Below are positions 9,165-17,272 of a stretch of 36,156 nucleotides of DNA, piece after piece. Origin of the DNA: a virus (Duplodnaviria; Caudoviricetes); IMG/VR virus record IMGVR_UViG_3300010052_000175, positions 1 to 36,156 of that record. One strand, 5' to 3'. Position numbers and translations under genes: made by a program. The notes below the pieces were generated by a model. It had not been told where the DNA came from. It was given only the letters and a program-made list of their open reading frames with translations, and searched no databases. Within the stretch, counting starts at the first letter, position 1, and each line of letters begins with the position of its first letter.

Positions 9165-9815
9165 CTACTTTTTGCCCCCGCCGTTGGACCCGCTGTCTTT
9201 CTCTTCGCCCCACCAGATCGGCCATTCACCGGCGACACTGGTGTAGCGGCGGAACCTGTCGCCATCGCGCTTGCGCTGTTCCTCGTCCGACTTCCTGGCG
9301 GGATTGGTTCGGGTGAGCTCGCGGGTATGGCTGACGATCTTCAGCACCACGCGCGCCTCACCACCGACCGCTGGCGTCTCGATCGGCGCGCCGTTGACCC
9401 GGCCGAGGAAGCGGATACGGGGCGGTGCAACCAGGAGCATGCTCACCGGGTCGAGCAGGCCGCGGTAGATTTCGACGGTCGCAAAGCGCGGATCGTCGGT
9501 CCGGACCAGCGCCTTTACCCCACCGTGAAGCGGGCTCATAACCAGCTGGATGGTCCTGATCTCGAGCCCGATGCGCATGGGGATGGGATCGCAGGACAGG
9601 ATCGCGCCATCGCCCTGGAACGTTCGGCTGACGATCGAACCGTCTTCGCCGGAGACGACGTTGGTGGTGACAGTGTCGGCGTCGTCCCAGAAGCCGTGTA
9701 GCTGGGGGATGCCAGTGCCTCGGTCCTTGGCGGTGATCACCACGAAGTTGCGCGGCACGATCACGTTGCGGTTTCGGATCGCGCCCTGGGTGGCGACATC
9801 AAGCGGTCTGACCAT
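9165..9815 (-). CDS. siphovirus tail hub/baseplate protein (DUF2163-like)
   Basis: RKSDEEQRKRDGDRFRRY...IWWG C-terminus; position between Dit and tip. Confidence 0.7.
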   Translation of the reverse strand: MVRPLDVATQGAIRNRNVIVPRNFVVITAKDRGTGIPQLHGFWDDADTVTTNVVSGEDGSIVSRTFQGDGAILSCDPIPMRIGLEIRTIQLVMSPLHGGVKALVRTDDPRFATVEIYRGLLDPVSMLLVAPPRIRFLGRVNGAPIETPAVGGEARVVLKIVSHTRELTRTNPARKSDEEQRKRDGDRFRRYTSVAGEWPIWWGEEKDSGSNGGGKK

Positions 9816-9824
9816 GGCCGCCTC

Positions 9825-10484
9825 TCAACCTGCTGCCAGGGTCTGGCGAGCCGTGAACCGCAGCCGGTGCGTGACCGATGTCACCTGCGCCACAGCCATC
9901 GAGCGCGGAACCAGCTTCACCTTGGCGACGGGCTTGAGCAGCTGAACCGTCTGCCCCGCCTCCAGCCAGGCGCGGAGGTGCGGCCGCAACTCTACCGGCA
10001 GAGTGAGGCCGGCACCGTTGGAGGCCACGTCGGCGCCGAGCTGTCCCAGAAAGGTCCGCGCTGGGGCGCCGGCGGTGACGGAGAACATGGTGCCTTCCCG
10101 CAGGGTGAAGGCGGGCGGCAATCCTGCGAAGCGCAGTTCCTTGCGGTTGGCCTCGATCGCGCTGATCGTCACTGTCTCGCCGGCGAGCAGCGCACCCGTG
10201 GGATCAGTCGACGGGTTCGGCCGTGCCGGGTCATAGAGGTAGAAGCTACTTGTCGCGCCATCGAGGAGATTGAACCGCGCCCGCAGCGCCTCGATCGTGT
10301 CGAGGTCGGCAGCAACCGTCGACACCTCGGCCTCCCAGACGCGCGGCGCCATGTCGGCCGCGATGAACTCGCTGCCCCCCGTGCCCGACACTTCCTGGAA
10401 CTCGAGCAGCTGCCACTGCACGGTTTCCACCATCATGCGGTCGGCCAGGTCGACGGTCGCCATCGGGAAAGTCACTGCCGGCAT
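9825..10484 (-). CDS. distal tail (Dit-like) protein
   Basis: LDGATSSFYLYDP motif; immediately after tape measure. Confidence 0.7.
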   Translation of the reverse strand: MPAVTFPMATVDLADRMMVETVQWQLLEFQEVSGTGGSEFIAADMAPRVWEAEVSTVAADLDTIEALRARFNLLDGATSSFYLYDPARPNPSTDPTGALLAGETVTISAIEANRKELRFAGLPPAFTLREGTMFSVTAGAPARTFLGQLGADVASNGAGLTLPVELRPHLRAWLEAGQTVQLLKPVAKVKLVPRSMAVAQVTSVTHRLRFTARQTLAAG

Positions 10485-10487
10485 GAC

Positions 10488-12473
10488 TCAACCCCTCGCA
10501 TGAGGATCGGCCTGGATGTCGGCAACCCGACTAGGCAACTGGAAACGGGAGAAGCGCTCGAGCGCATCGGCGATGGCCCGGGTGAGCTCGCCCTGGCTGA
10601 GGCCCGACCCATTGACCGTGACGTGTGTGTCACCCCGGCCGCCGGCGCCGGCGAGCATCCCCATGAAGTCCGGGTTGGACATCACGCGGGTGCCACCCGG
10701 TGCGCCCCACACCGGCTCCGGTCCGTTCTCACCGACGATGCCGAAGCTGCCGTTGGGGATCAGCCCACCATCAGCGAAGAAGCCGGAGAACAGGCCGCTC
10801 AGCACGTCGCCGAACCCGCTGGCGCCCTTGTTCAAGAAGAAGCTGCCGGCCATGGCTAGAACATCGCCGAGGATCGACAGCAGCTCCGTGCCCTCGACCT
10901 TGCCATCTTCCATCGCGTCGACAATGCCGAGGATGGCGCTTCTACCCGCATCGCCGATTAGGTCGTAGACCTCCTGCATCTCCTCGACCTGAGTGCGGTG
11001 CTCCTCGGTCTCGGTGATCAGCTCCCGGATCTTCTGCCCTTCCTCGCTCATCACATCGACACCGGCGTCGCGGATAGTGTTGAGGATTTGCTGCTCCTGG
11101 GCACTCAGCCCGACGATGTCGCGCTCATGCTCCAGGTCGGCGATGAGCGCCCTCACGGCCTCGGAGTGCTTTTGGGTGGCGGCGGTCGCTTCCGTGTCAG
11201 CGCCCCAGCTCGCGCCGTGCCCGGAACCAGGAGCGAGGAAACTCCACATGGAGGCAGGGCTCTCAAAGGTGCCCTTGCCGTCTAGCTGGTCGAATGTCGA
11301 CCCGACGTCGAACTGGGAAGGGTCGGAGCGCCTAGTCTGCTCGGCGAGCATCTTGTCTAGGTCGCGGCGGAGGTTGGCGATCCCTTCGGCCGCGCCCAAC
11401 TTCGTCCCACCCAAACCGCCGGCGTCATAGAACAGGGTGCCGAACAGACTGTCGCCGGCGCCGGCGAGTTGTGCCTCGGCTTTGGCAATCGCGGCTTGCT
11501 GCTTGGCGATGTTCGCCGCCAGACTGTCTCCCGTCATATTCGAGGGGTTCTGGCCGTCGAGCCAGGCGAGGAATTCCTTGACCCGCCCCCAGGTCCAGAT
11601 CACCGCCTGCGCTGCGAGGCCAACGCCCTCCGCGAGCTTCTGGCCAAAGCCCATCGCTGCCCTGATGAACTCGGGCGACGACAGGGTGTCGGCCAACTCA
11701 ATCAGCGTATCGCGCAGGTCGCCGGCATCGCCGCGGCCGGCCACGAGATCTTCGAATGCGGCCTCCCACCGCTGCTGCCCTCTGGCGATAGCGGCGCTCA
11801 GCCGGTCGAAGCCGGCCTCGGCGACACCCTTGACCTGTGCCTCGAGCGCTTCAAACACCACGCCCTGGGCGCGTGCTTTGTCGCCGGCGTCGAGGAACGA
11901 GGCCGCCATCGCCTTCTGATCTTCGGTCAGCTTGATGCCGCGCTTGGACAGCATGGCCATGCCGTTTATCGGGTCGTCGAGCGCGCGCGCCAGGCCTTCA
12001 AGGTTCTGGCGCAGGTCGCCGCCCCAGGCCGCCGCCATGTCATCGGCCAACGCGATCGCCCGGAAGAACTCATCGCGTCCGAGACCGAAGCTCGCGAGGT
12101 TGGCCGAAAGCTCCATCACCTCTTCAGCGGCGCGACCGGTCCGATTTTCGAGCGCGTCCGCCCATGCCTCGATTTCCTTGGCCGAAGTCCGCGCGGTGTT
12201 GCTGGTGTTCTTGAGCGCCCGATCCACCTGGGCACCCATCTTGCGCATCTCTTCCAGGCGCTTGACCGCGCCGACGATGCCTGCAGCGAACGCAGCGCCG
12301 CCAACTGCCACGCCGGCAGCGAGCGCCTTTCCGACCTGGGCCGCGCGCCGACTCGTATCGTCGAGCACCTTGCCGAACCGCACAGCCTTTCGCTCGGCGC
12401 GGTCGACGCCCTGGTTGAACTTCCGGTCGTCGGTGTCGATGTCGAGTAGCGCTTCGCCAAGCTTCTCAGCCAT
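10488..12473 (-). CDS. tail tape measure protein (661 aa)
   Basis: Ala-rich helical; LARALDDPINGMAMLSKRGI; C-terminal FADGG...IVGENGPE. Confidence 0.92.
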   Translation of the reverse strand: MAEKLGEALLDIDTDDRKFNQGVDRAERKAVRFGKVLDDTSRRAAQVGKALAAGVAVGGAAFAAGIVGAVKRLEEMRKMGAQVDRALKNTSNTARTSAKEIEAWADALENRTGRAAEEVMELSANLASFGLGRDEFFRAIALADDMAAAWGGDLRQNLEGLARALDDPINGMAMLSKRGIKLTEDQKAMAASFLDAGDKARAQGVVFEALEAQVKGVAEAGFDRLSAAIARGQQRWEAAFEDLVAGRGDAGDLRDTLIELADTLSSPEFIRAAMGFGQKLAEGVGLAAQAVIWTWGRVKEFLAWLDGQNPSNMTGDSLAANIAKQQAAIAKAEAQLAGAGDSLFGTLFYDAGGLGGTKLGAAEGIANLRRDLDKMLAEQTRRSDPSQFDVGSTFDQLDGKGTFESPASMWSFLAPGSGHGASWGADTEATAATQKHSEAVRALIADLEHERDIVGLSAQEQQILNTIRDAGVDVMSEEGQKIRELITETEEHRTQVEEMQEVYDLIGDAGRSAILGIVDAMEDGKVEGTELLSILGDVLAMAGSFFLNKGASGFGDVLSGLFSGFFADGGLIPNGSFGIVGENGPEPVWGAPGGTRVMSNPDFMGMLAGAGGRGDTHVTVNGSGLSQGELTRAIADALERFSRFQLPSRVADIQADPHARG

Positions 12474-12855
12474 TGGCAGCCCCCTCTGCCGGCACCACCA
12501 CGACGCCCACGCCCATCGCGGCGAGCGTCGCCGGCGTCGGCCGAGCTATCGCAGCGCCGCCCTTGGCCATCCGCTCCAGCCGACCAATGTAGCGGGCGCG
12601 GTCGAACGTCTTCATGCCGCCGAAAGCGGCGCTCATGGCGTTTATGCTGGCAAGTTCTCGCTGGGCTTCGAGGCGCGGCAGCATGGTCAGGTAGGCTCTG
12701 AGGAGGGCTGCCGGGGCACCATAGAGCCACCATCCGGGATCGCCCCCGAAGGCGTGCTGGAGCCGGGGGATGGTTTCCGCCCAGTCGATCGGCCGGCGCT
12801 GGCGACCGCTCCTGCCAGGCGCATCCGACGACCCAGCAGGAGCACGGTAAAAACC
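12466..12855 (-). CDS. tail assembly chaperone GT extension reached by -1 frameshift
   Basis: -1 frame open from GGTTTTT (12855-12849) through IDWAETIPRLQHAFGGDPGWW...MLPRLEAQ to 12466. Confidence 0.7.
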   Translation of the reverse strand, partial: GFYRAPAGSSDAPGRSGRQRRPIDWAETIPRLQHAFGGDPGWWLYGAPAALLRAYLTMLPRLEAQRELASINAMSAAFGGMKTFDRARYIGRLERMAKGGAAIARPTPATLAAMGVGVVVVPAEGAANG

Positions 12856-13139
12856 TCGACGATCGCGACGTTGTGCGATGGCAGGAGGCGCTGCCGTACG
12901 TCAGGAGGCACATCGGCCAGCGCCGCAGCGGCAACGACCTTCAGCAATGCTTCCAGCTCGGCGGTCCGGTCGGGGTCTTTTCCGAGGGCTTCGAGTTCCT
13001 TGCCCCACTTGGTGAACTTGTGGCTCTCAGCCAGCGTCAACTCGTCGGGCGACTTCAAGTGATAGGTGGTTCCGTCGATCCGCAGCGGCGGTCGATCGGC
13101 GATCAACGTCGAGAGGTCGAGGATAGGGTCTGCGGCCAT
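12687..13139 (-). CDS. tail assembly chaperone G (MAADPILDLSTL...)
   Basis: LRIDGTTYHLK; position between tube and tape measure; slippery site at IVEVF. Confidence 0.8.
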   Translation of the reverse strand: MAADPILDLSTLIADRPPLRIDGTTYHLKSPDELTLAESHKFTKWGKELEALGKDPDRTAELEALLKVVAAAALADVPPDVRQRLLPSHNVAIVEVFTVLLLGRRMRLAGAVASAGRSTGRKPSPGSSTPSGAIPDGGSMVPRQPSSEPT

Positions 13140-13333
13140 GGAGGGGCTCCTGCGCCTGGTGCTTCGTAGGTGACTTGGATGCCGAGCTCGGCGCATTGCC
13201 GCTCGATCTCGGCCTGGCGCACACGGACTGACTGCAGCGCGCGCCGGTGACGGCTGATTTCGCCTTTGTGGCGCCGTGCGTCGCCATCGAGCCGGCGCGC
13301 TTCCTGCACCAGGCTGGTGGCGTTAGGCCTCAT
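13103..13333 (-). CDS. small basic coiled-coil hypothetical protein (76 aa)
   Basis: ATGA overlap with tail tube stop. Confidence 0.55.
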   Translation of the reverse strand: MRPNATSLVQEARRLDGDARRHKGEISRHRRALQSVRVRQAEIERQCAELGIQVTYEAPGAGAPPWPQTLSSTSRR

Positions 13334-13938
13334 GGGGCCAGCGGCGCCTGGTGCTGCATGATCAGGCGGCCGAACCGTTCGGCAGCGGCCGCGGCTGCCG
13401 GGTCCTCCAGCGCCGTGAATTCGAGTGCCAGGCCTGCCGGCTCACCCTTGGTGTAGACCGGCTCAGGCGAGCCGGACTGGAAGCAAACCGGAACCTCGTA
13501 CTGACTGCTGAAGCTCTCGTCGCCATAACCGGAAGCTTCGCCCCGAACGAGCAACGCCATGGCCGCCACGTTCACCCCGCGATAGAGTTTCAGCGTCTTG
13601 ACGCCTGCGGTACCCGCGCCGGCGGCCGTGGTCGCGACGGCGTTGCCGTTCATCGCCAGAGAGTACTGCTCCAGCGAGATGTCGAGCAGTGTCAGCGACA
13701 CGACCAGGCTCTCCTCGGTGCGGAACGCTTTGACCGGCCCTGTCGAACCGGCGGTGCGCACCTGGCTGATCTCCTGGCCGTGCGCGACGGTCACGCCTTC
13801 CTCGCTCATCGAGCGGTCGCCGGACGTGCCGACCTTCTTCCACGCGGCGGCGGGCGCGGCGCCGATCAGGGGAAACACGGTGCCGACCGGCGCCACCCAC
13901 AGGGTGAACGGGGCGGCGACGATCTCGTAGGGCTGCAT
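13330..13938 (-). CDS. major tail tube protein (MQPYEIVAAPFTLWVAP...)
   Basis: WKKVG...SEEGVT...VSLTLLD...LALEFTAL pattern of siphovirus tubes; start reassigned to ATG overlapping upstream stop. Confidence 0.85.
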   Translation of the reverse strand: MQPYEIVAAPFTLWVAPVGTVFPLIGAAPAAAWKKVGTSGDRSMSEEGVTVAHGQEISQVRTAGSTGPVKAFRTEESLVVSLTLLDISLEQYSLAMNGNAVATTAAGAGTAGVKTLKLYRGVNVAAMALLVRGEASGYGDESFSSQYEVPVCFQSGSPEPVYTKGEPAGLALEFTALEDPAAAAAAERFGRLIMQHQAPLAP

Positions 13939-14357
13939 CAGGCGAGCTCCTCGGTTGAGTACAGGGTTTGAAAGGACTGGAAAGCGTAGGGCCACTGGCC
14001 ATCACGATCGCGGCCAATGAGGTAACCGCCGGCGGACTGCAGCCAGTGGATCAGGACGCCTGACATGGCGCGGCGCACGGTCAGGACGAGTAGACGGCTG
14101 GCGGTTGCGCGCAGCTCCATGGCCTCGAACACGGTGGCGCCGTAGGCCACAAGGTCGAGTCGTTGGGCCTCGGCCTTGACGAGGCCAGCAGGGTGGAAGG
14201 GAACGCCGCCCGACGGCTGCACGACGATCGCCGAGCGCGGCATGTCGGCCGCCTGGCCGGGCGGTAGCTCACCACCGAACACCCGCCCCTCGCATAGCGC
14301 GACAAGGCCGGCGTCGGCTTTCAGCAGGTCCACGATGGAAGTGACGATGTCGGCCAA
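13938..14357 (-). CDS. tail terminator/completion protein
   Basis: TTG start; LLKADAGLVAL..GRVFGGELP, RLDLVAYG; immediately upstream of tube. Confidence 0.8.
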   Translation of the reverse strand: MADIVTSIVDLLKADAGLVALCEGRVFGGELPPGQAADMPRSAIVVQPSGGVPFHPAGLVKAEAQRLDLVAYGATVFEAMELRATASRLLVLTVRRAMSGVLIHWLQSAGGYLIGRDRDGQWPYAFQSFQTLYSTEELA

Positions 14358-14405
14358 GGCCCGCCCTATGCACAGAGGCCCGGTCCGAACCGGGCGATGT
14401 GCGGC

Positions 14406-14455
14406 AAAGCTAGGCGCGCGCGCGACCCCGAAACATCGACGCAGGCGCGCGGGTG
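14406..14455 (-). promoter_or_regulatory. late promoter copy 1 (tail operon): CACCCGCGC-N5-CGTCGATGTTTC-N17-TAGCTT
   Basis: Identical blocks and spacing to 18688-18737; related to 28966-29014. Confidence 0.8.
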
Positions 14456-14482
14456 GGGTCGCAATGTGGGGGAACAAGCGGC

Positions 14483-14511
14483 AGCATTGGGATAGTCGCG
14501 GGCACTGTCAA
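14483..14511 (-). promoter_or_regulatory. sigma70-like promoter TTGACA-N17-AATGCT
   Basis: Perfect -35, 17-nt spacer, -10 with conserved A and T; intergenic. Confidence 0.5.
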
Positions 14512-14519
14512 GCGCCTGT

Positions 14520-14948
14520 TCAAGGGCGCTCGAAGGCCTTCCGGATGCGCTCGGCCAAGCCAGGGTACTCTTCGTCCGCTGCCGGCCGCAGGTACGGATA
14601 CGGCGGGATCGTCACCGAGCTGGCGAAGCGAACGCTGCCATCAGCCTGCGGAATGGCGAGGGCCTTGGCGCGGACGGGCTTGATGGTTCCACCCTCCTCG
14701 AGAATACGGGCCTGCGCCATGTCCCGGACACCCCAAGTTCCCTTCACCCCACTGGCGTGGGGTTCCGCGAAGTTCGCGACGTCGATGGCGCCCTCGAGCA
14801 GGCCGGTTCGGTTCTGCCAAGGATGCTTGCTTTTGGCGCGGACAACGCAGGCTTGCATGGTCCGGTTGACGCCTTCGACCTGCGCCTTTTCCATCTTCTG
14901 GGTGACGGCCTTGCCGTACCATTTGAGCGATTTGGTCTTACCTGCCAA
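14520..14948 (-). CDS. HK97 gp10-like neck/tail completion protein
   Basis: RBS GAGGTG plus TTG; NRTGLLEGAI, ARILEEGGTI, PPYPYLRPA motifs. Confidence 0.85.
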   Translation of the reverse strand: MAGKTKSLKWYGKAVTQKMEKAQVEGVNRTMQACVVRAKSKHPWQNRTGLLEGAIDVANFAEPHASGVKGTWGVRDMAQARILEEGGTIKPVRAKALAIPQADGSVRFASSVTIPPYPYLRPAADEEYPGLAERIRKAFERP

Positions 14949-14969
14949 TGGAGCACCTCGTTGGGTGGG

Positions 14970-15011
14970 TTGAGTTAGCGAAGCAGAGCCCTGATAGTGA
15001 CGCGGCGTCAC
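14970..15011 (+). promoter_or_regulatory. moron promoter TTGAGT-N17-GATAGT with overlapping palindrome GTGACGC-G-GCGTCAC
   Basis: Spacing read directly; 7-1-7 inverted repeat at 14997-15011. Confidence 0.55.
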
Positions 15012-15039
15012 CCGATCCAAAACGCCACGGAGGTGCGCC

Positions 15040-15180
15040 ATGCGCGAACTCGCTCACCACTACATACTGATCGCCTGCGAGGGTCTTTCCGATCCGAGGA
15101 CCGTCGGCGCGTCCTATCAGCGTGCGCTCGACTTGCTCGACGAGGCCGCTCGCATCCTGCGGCTTCTCGGCGACATTTGA
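15040..15180 (+). CDS. 46-aa antisense moron protein MRELAHHYILIACEGLSDPRTVGASYQRALDLLDEAARILRLLGDI
   Basis: Strong RBS GGAGGTG; fills intergenic gap; absent from the ORF track (shorter than any listed ORF). Confidence 0.65.
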   Translation: MRELAHHYILIACEGLSDPRTVGASYQRALDLLDEAARILRLLGDI

Positions 15181-15199
15181 CGCGACGCGGGAACACATC

Positions 15200-15544
15200 T
15201 CAGTCGATCCGCTTCAGAGCGGCCTCCCGATGCGTATGCTTGCGCTGCACCGGCCCCTCGACCTTGAGGCGACCGGGGATGATGACGTTTCCCCGTGCAT
15301 CGGTGACCGCCGAGATCTGGTCATCGTCGGCGATGTCGGCGCCCAGGGAGAACATCGCCCGCATATCCTCGACCATGGCAGTCTTGTCGCCGTCGACGAG
15401 CTCGCGGCTCTGGTTCGACCAGACGAAGCATCGAACGGTACCGATGACCGTCCAAGAGGCTGCCACCGGCTGCCCCCAGTTGTCCTTGCCCGATGCCGTG
15501 TTGCGCTCGACGACAGCACGCATGGTCAGGCGCCCGCCGATCAA
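15200..15544 (-). CDS. head-closure / stopper protein
   Basis: KDNWGQP...WTVIGTVRC...ADIADDDQI pattern; TTGA overlap start. Confidence 0.8.
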   Translation of the reverse strand: MIGGRLTMRAVVERNTASGKDNWGQPVAASWTVIGTVRCFVWSNQSRELVDGDKTAMVEDMRAMFSLGADIADDDQISAVTDARGNVIIPGRLKVEGPVQRKHTHREAALKRID

Positions 15545-15771
15545 TTGATCATGCCCTCCCAGGTGACGCCGAGCTGCTCCCGTGTCGTCGCTCCCATCGC
15601 CTCGAGCAACTGCTCGGCCTCGGGCTCGCTCGACGCATGCCGCGTCACTAACCACGCCGTGGCCATGGCCATTCCAGCCAGCGCCAATGTCCTGTCGGTC
15701 TCCGACCCAAGCACTTCGACGATGCGTTCGGCAACGCTGATCGCCCTGGCGGCCTCATCATCGCTAGTCAT
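15541..15771 (-). CDS. hypothetical helical protein (76 aa) between adaptor and stopper
   Basis: Abuts both neighbours with coupled start and stop. Confidence 0.6.
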   Translation of the reverse strand: MTSDDEAARAISVAERIVEVLGSETDRTLALAGMAMATAWLVTRHASSEPEAEQLLEAMGATTREQLGVTWEGMIN

Positions 15772-16344
15772 CTATGCCATCACCAGGCGGTTGCCGCTTG
15801 CGAGGCTGGCCAGCAGGTTTTCGCGCTCCGTGGCATAGCTGTCGCTGGCCAGCGACCCCGACCACTGATAGTCGCCGGCCCGCTCGCTCTTGATCAGCCC
15901 GCGGTAGCCCAGGTCGAGCTGCATCAGCTTTATGGTCACGTCGTCGCGCGCCGCCTGCGAGCCGATCGGCGTGTATGTGACCCGCACGAACGGCGCCCAG
16001 AACTTCTGACCGTTTGGGCCACCGGTCAGCCGCTGCAGAGTGCGCCCAGTGTGCAGCACCCGGTAATCGGCCGGGGCCAGTTCCGTTTCGGCCTCGGCCT
16101 GCCCACTGTCGGCCGGGTCGATCTCGACTATGGCGATGGGCAGAGCTTCGTCGATCGGCCGCTGTAGCTTCAGGGTGGCCAGCGACCGATGGCTAATGTC
16201 GGGGTCGCCGATCGTCACCGAGATCTCGCCGGTTGGACCGTAGCGGCTCTCAATCTCGGTTGCGATGCCGGCAATCATGTCGGTGAGCTCGCTGTCGCTG
16301 AGCTCGGCACCGGTCCGTTCCTTCACTCGATCGAGCAACGTCAT
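15772..16344 (-). CDS. head-tail adaptor (HK97 gp6/SPP1 gp15-like)
   Basis: TLLDRVKERT...IKSERAGDYQW; position. Confidence 0.8.
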   Translation of the reverse strand: MTLLDRVKERTGAELSDSELTDMIAGIATEIESRYGPTGEISVTIGDPDISHRSLATLKLQRPIDEALPIAIVEIDPADSGQAEAETELAPADYRVLHTGRTLQRLTGGPNGQKFWAPFVRVTYTPIGSQAARDDVTIKLMQLDLGYRGLIKSERAGDYQWSGSLASDSYATERENLLASLASGNRLVMA

Positions 16345-16348
16345 CGCA

Positions 16349-16431
16349 GATACCTATGAGTTGAGGAGCCGCCCCGCCGCTGCAGCTCCTCTCGTTGATC
16401 CGCGCCTGTCGGCGGGCGCGCTCGGGGTATC
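16349..16431. other. three-way-junction structured intergenic element covering the adaptor RBS
   Basis: GATACC/GGTATC closing stem plus GAGGAGC/GCTCCTC and CGCGCC/GGCGCG hairpins. Confidence 0.5.
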
Positions 16432-16435
16432 AGGG

Positions 16436-16918
16436 TTAGGTGGTGGGCGCGCCGCCACCCTGTTCTTTCGTCTCGGCCGGCTTCTGTTCCTTATTATCAG
16501 CCGGCTTCTGTTCCTTCGAAGCAGCCTTGATCTTGCCTGCCTTCGGCGCGGGCAACTTCGCGCGCATCGCCTCGATGGCCTTCTCGAGGCGGGCCTCGCG
16601 ATCCGCCTCCGGCAGAGCGTTCCAGTCGTCGGCACTCAGGCTGCTCGCCTTGTGAGCAGCTGCCAGGATGTTGCCGAGCTGCACCGACTTGCCGGGGGCG
16701 ATCTCCACCATGGCCGGCAGAATACTGGAGCCCAGCAGGGTCTCGACACGGGCAGTGCCCTTGGGCTTCAGCCTCCCGTCGACCAAGCCGAACTTCTCGG
16801 CCGCGCTGGCCGGGATTTCGTCACCCAGGGCGGCATAGAGGAAGGCAGCCTTCGGGCTGCCCTCACCGACGAGGCTCTGCTTGTCGGCAGTGAAGTAGAG
16901 GCGTTCGCGCGCATGCAT
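16436..16918 (-). CDS. head-associated hypothetical protein (160 aa) with Lys/Pro/Ala tail
   Basis: RBS AAGGA; KEQKPA repeats; typical slot after capsid and decoration genes. Confidence 0.75.
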   Translation of the reverse strand: MHARERLYFTADKQSLVGEGSPKAAFLYAALGDEIPASAAEKFGLVDGRLKPKGTARVETLLGSSILPAMVEIAPGKSVQLGNILAAAHKASSLSADDWNALPEADREARLEKAIEAMRAKLPAPKAGKIKAASKEQKPADNKEQKPAETKEQGGGAPTT

Positions 16919-16936
16919 GGCGCTGATCCTTTCTGG

Positions 16937-17203
16937 TTACTCGGCTTTCGCCCAGGTGACGTGCAGCCAGCCACCGGTGGTGTTGGTGCCGGCGACATTC
17001 GAGACGACGCCGGCCTTGGTTGCCGAGACGATGAACTCGGCGGTGCGGTCGACGCGGGTGGGCGGTGAGCCGGCGCTGATGTGCTCGACCGACAGCAGCG
17101 CGTCGCCCGGCTTCAGGTTGCCCGGCACCTTGTGCTCGCCGGCTACGCCGCCGTTGATCAGGGCGCAGCCGACTGGCGTGGCAAATCCAGTGATAGTCGG
17201 CAT
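16937..17203 (-). CDS. putative capsid decoration protein (88 aa)
   Basis: Small beta-rich Gly/Thr/Val protein directly after capsid; RBS GGAG. Confidence 0.65.
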   Translation of the reverse strand: MPTITGFATPVGCALINGGVAGEHKVPGNLKPGDALLSVEHISAGSPPTRVDRTAEFIVSATKAGVVSNVAGTNTTGGWLHVTWAKAE

Positions 17204-17230
17204 GGTCGGAATGCTCCGGTGAGTGGGAGG

Positions 17231-17256
17231 CGGGCGCCCCGTCGCCAGGGCGCCCG
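17231..17256 (-). terminator. GNRA-capped 11-bp hairpin after capsid stop (stabiliser/attenuator)
   Basis: CGGGCGCCCTG-GCGA-CGGGGCGCCCG; no U-tract. Confidence 0.55.
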
Positions 17257-17272
17257 AGAGACAAGTAGCGGC

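Noticed and set aside
8541-13062. Long + strand ORFs (386, 330, 326 and 376 aa) opposite tail genes
   Set aside because: Antisense shadows of GC-rich coding sequence; no motifs, RBS or coupling
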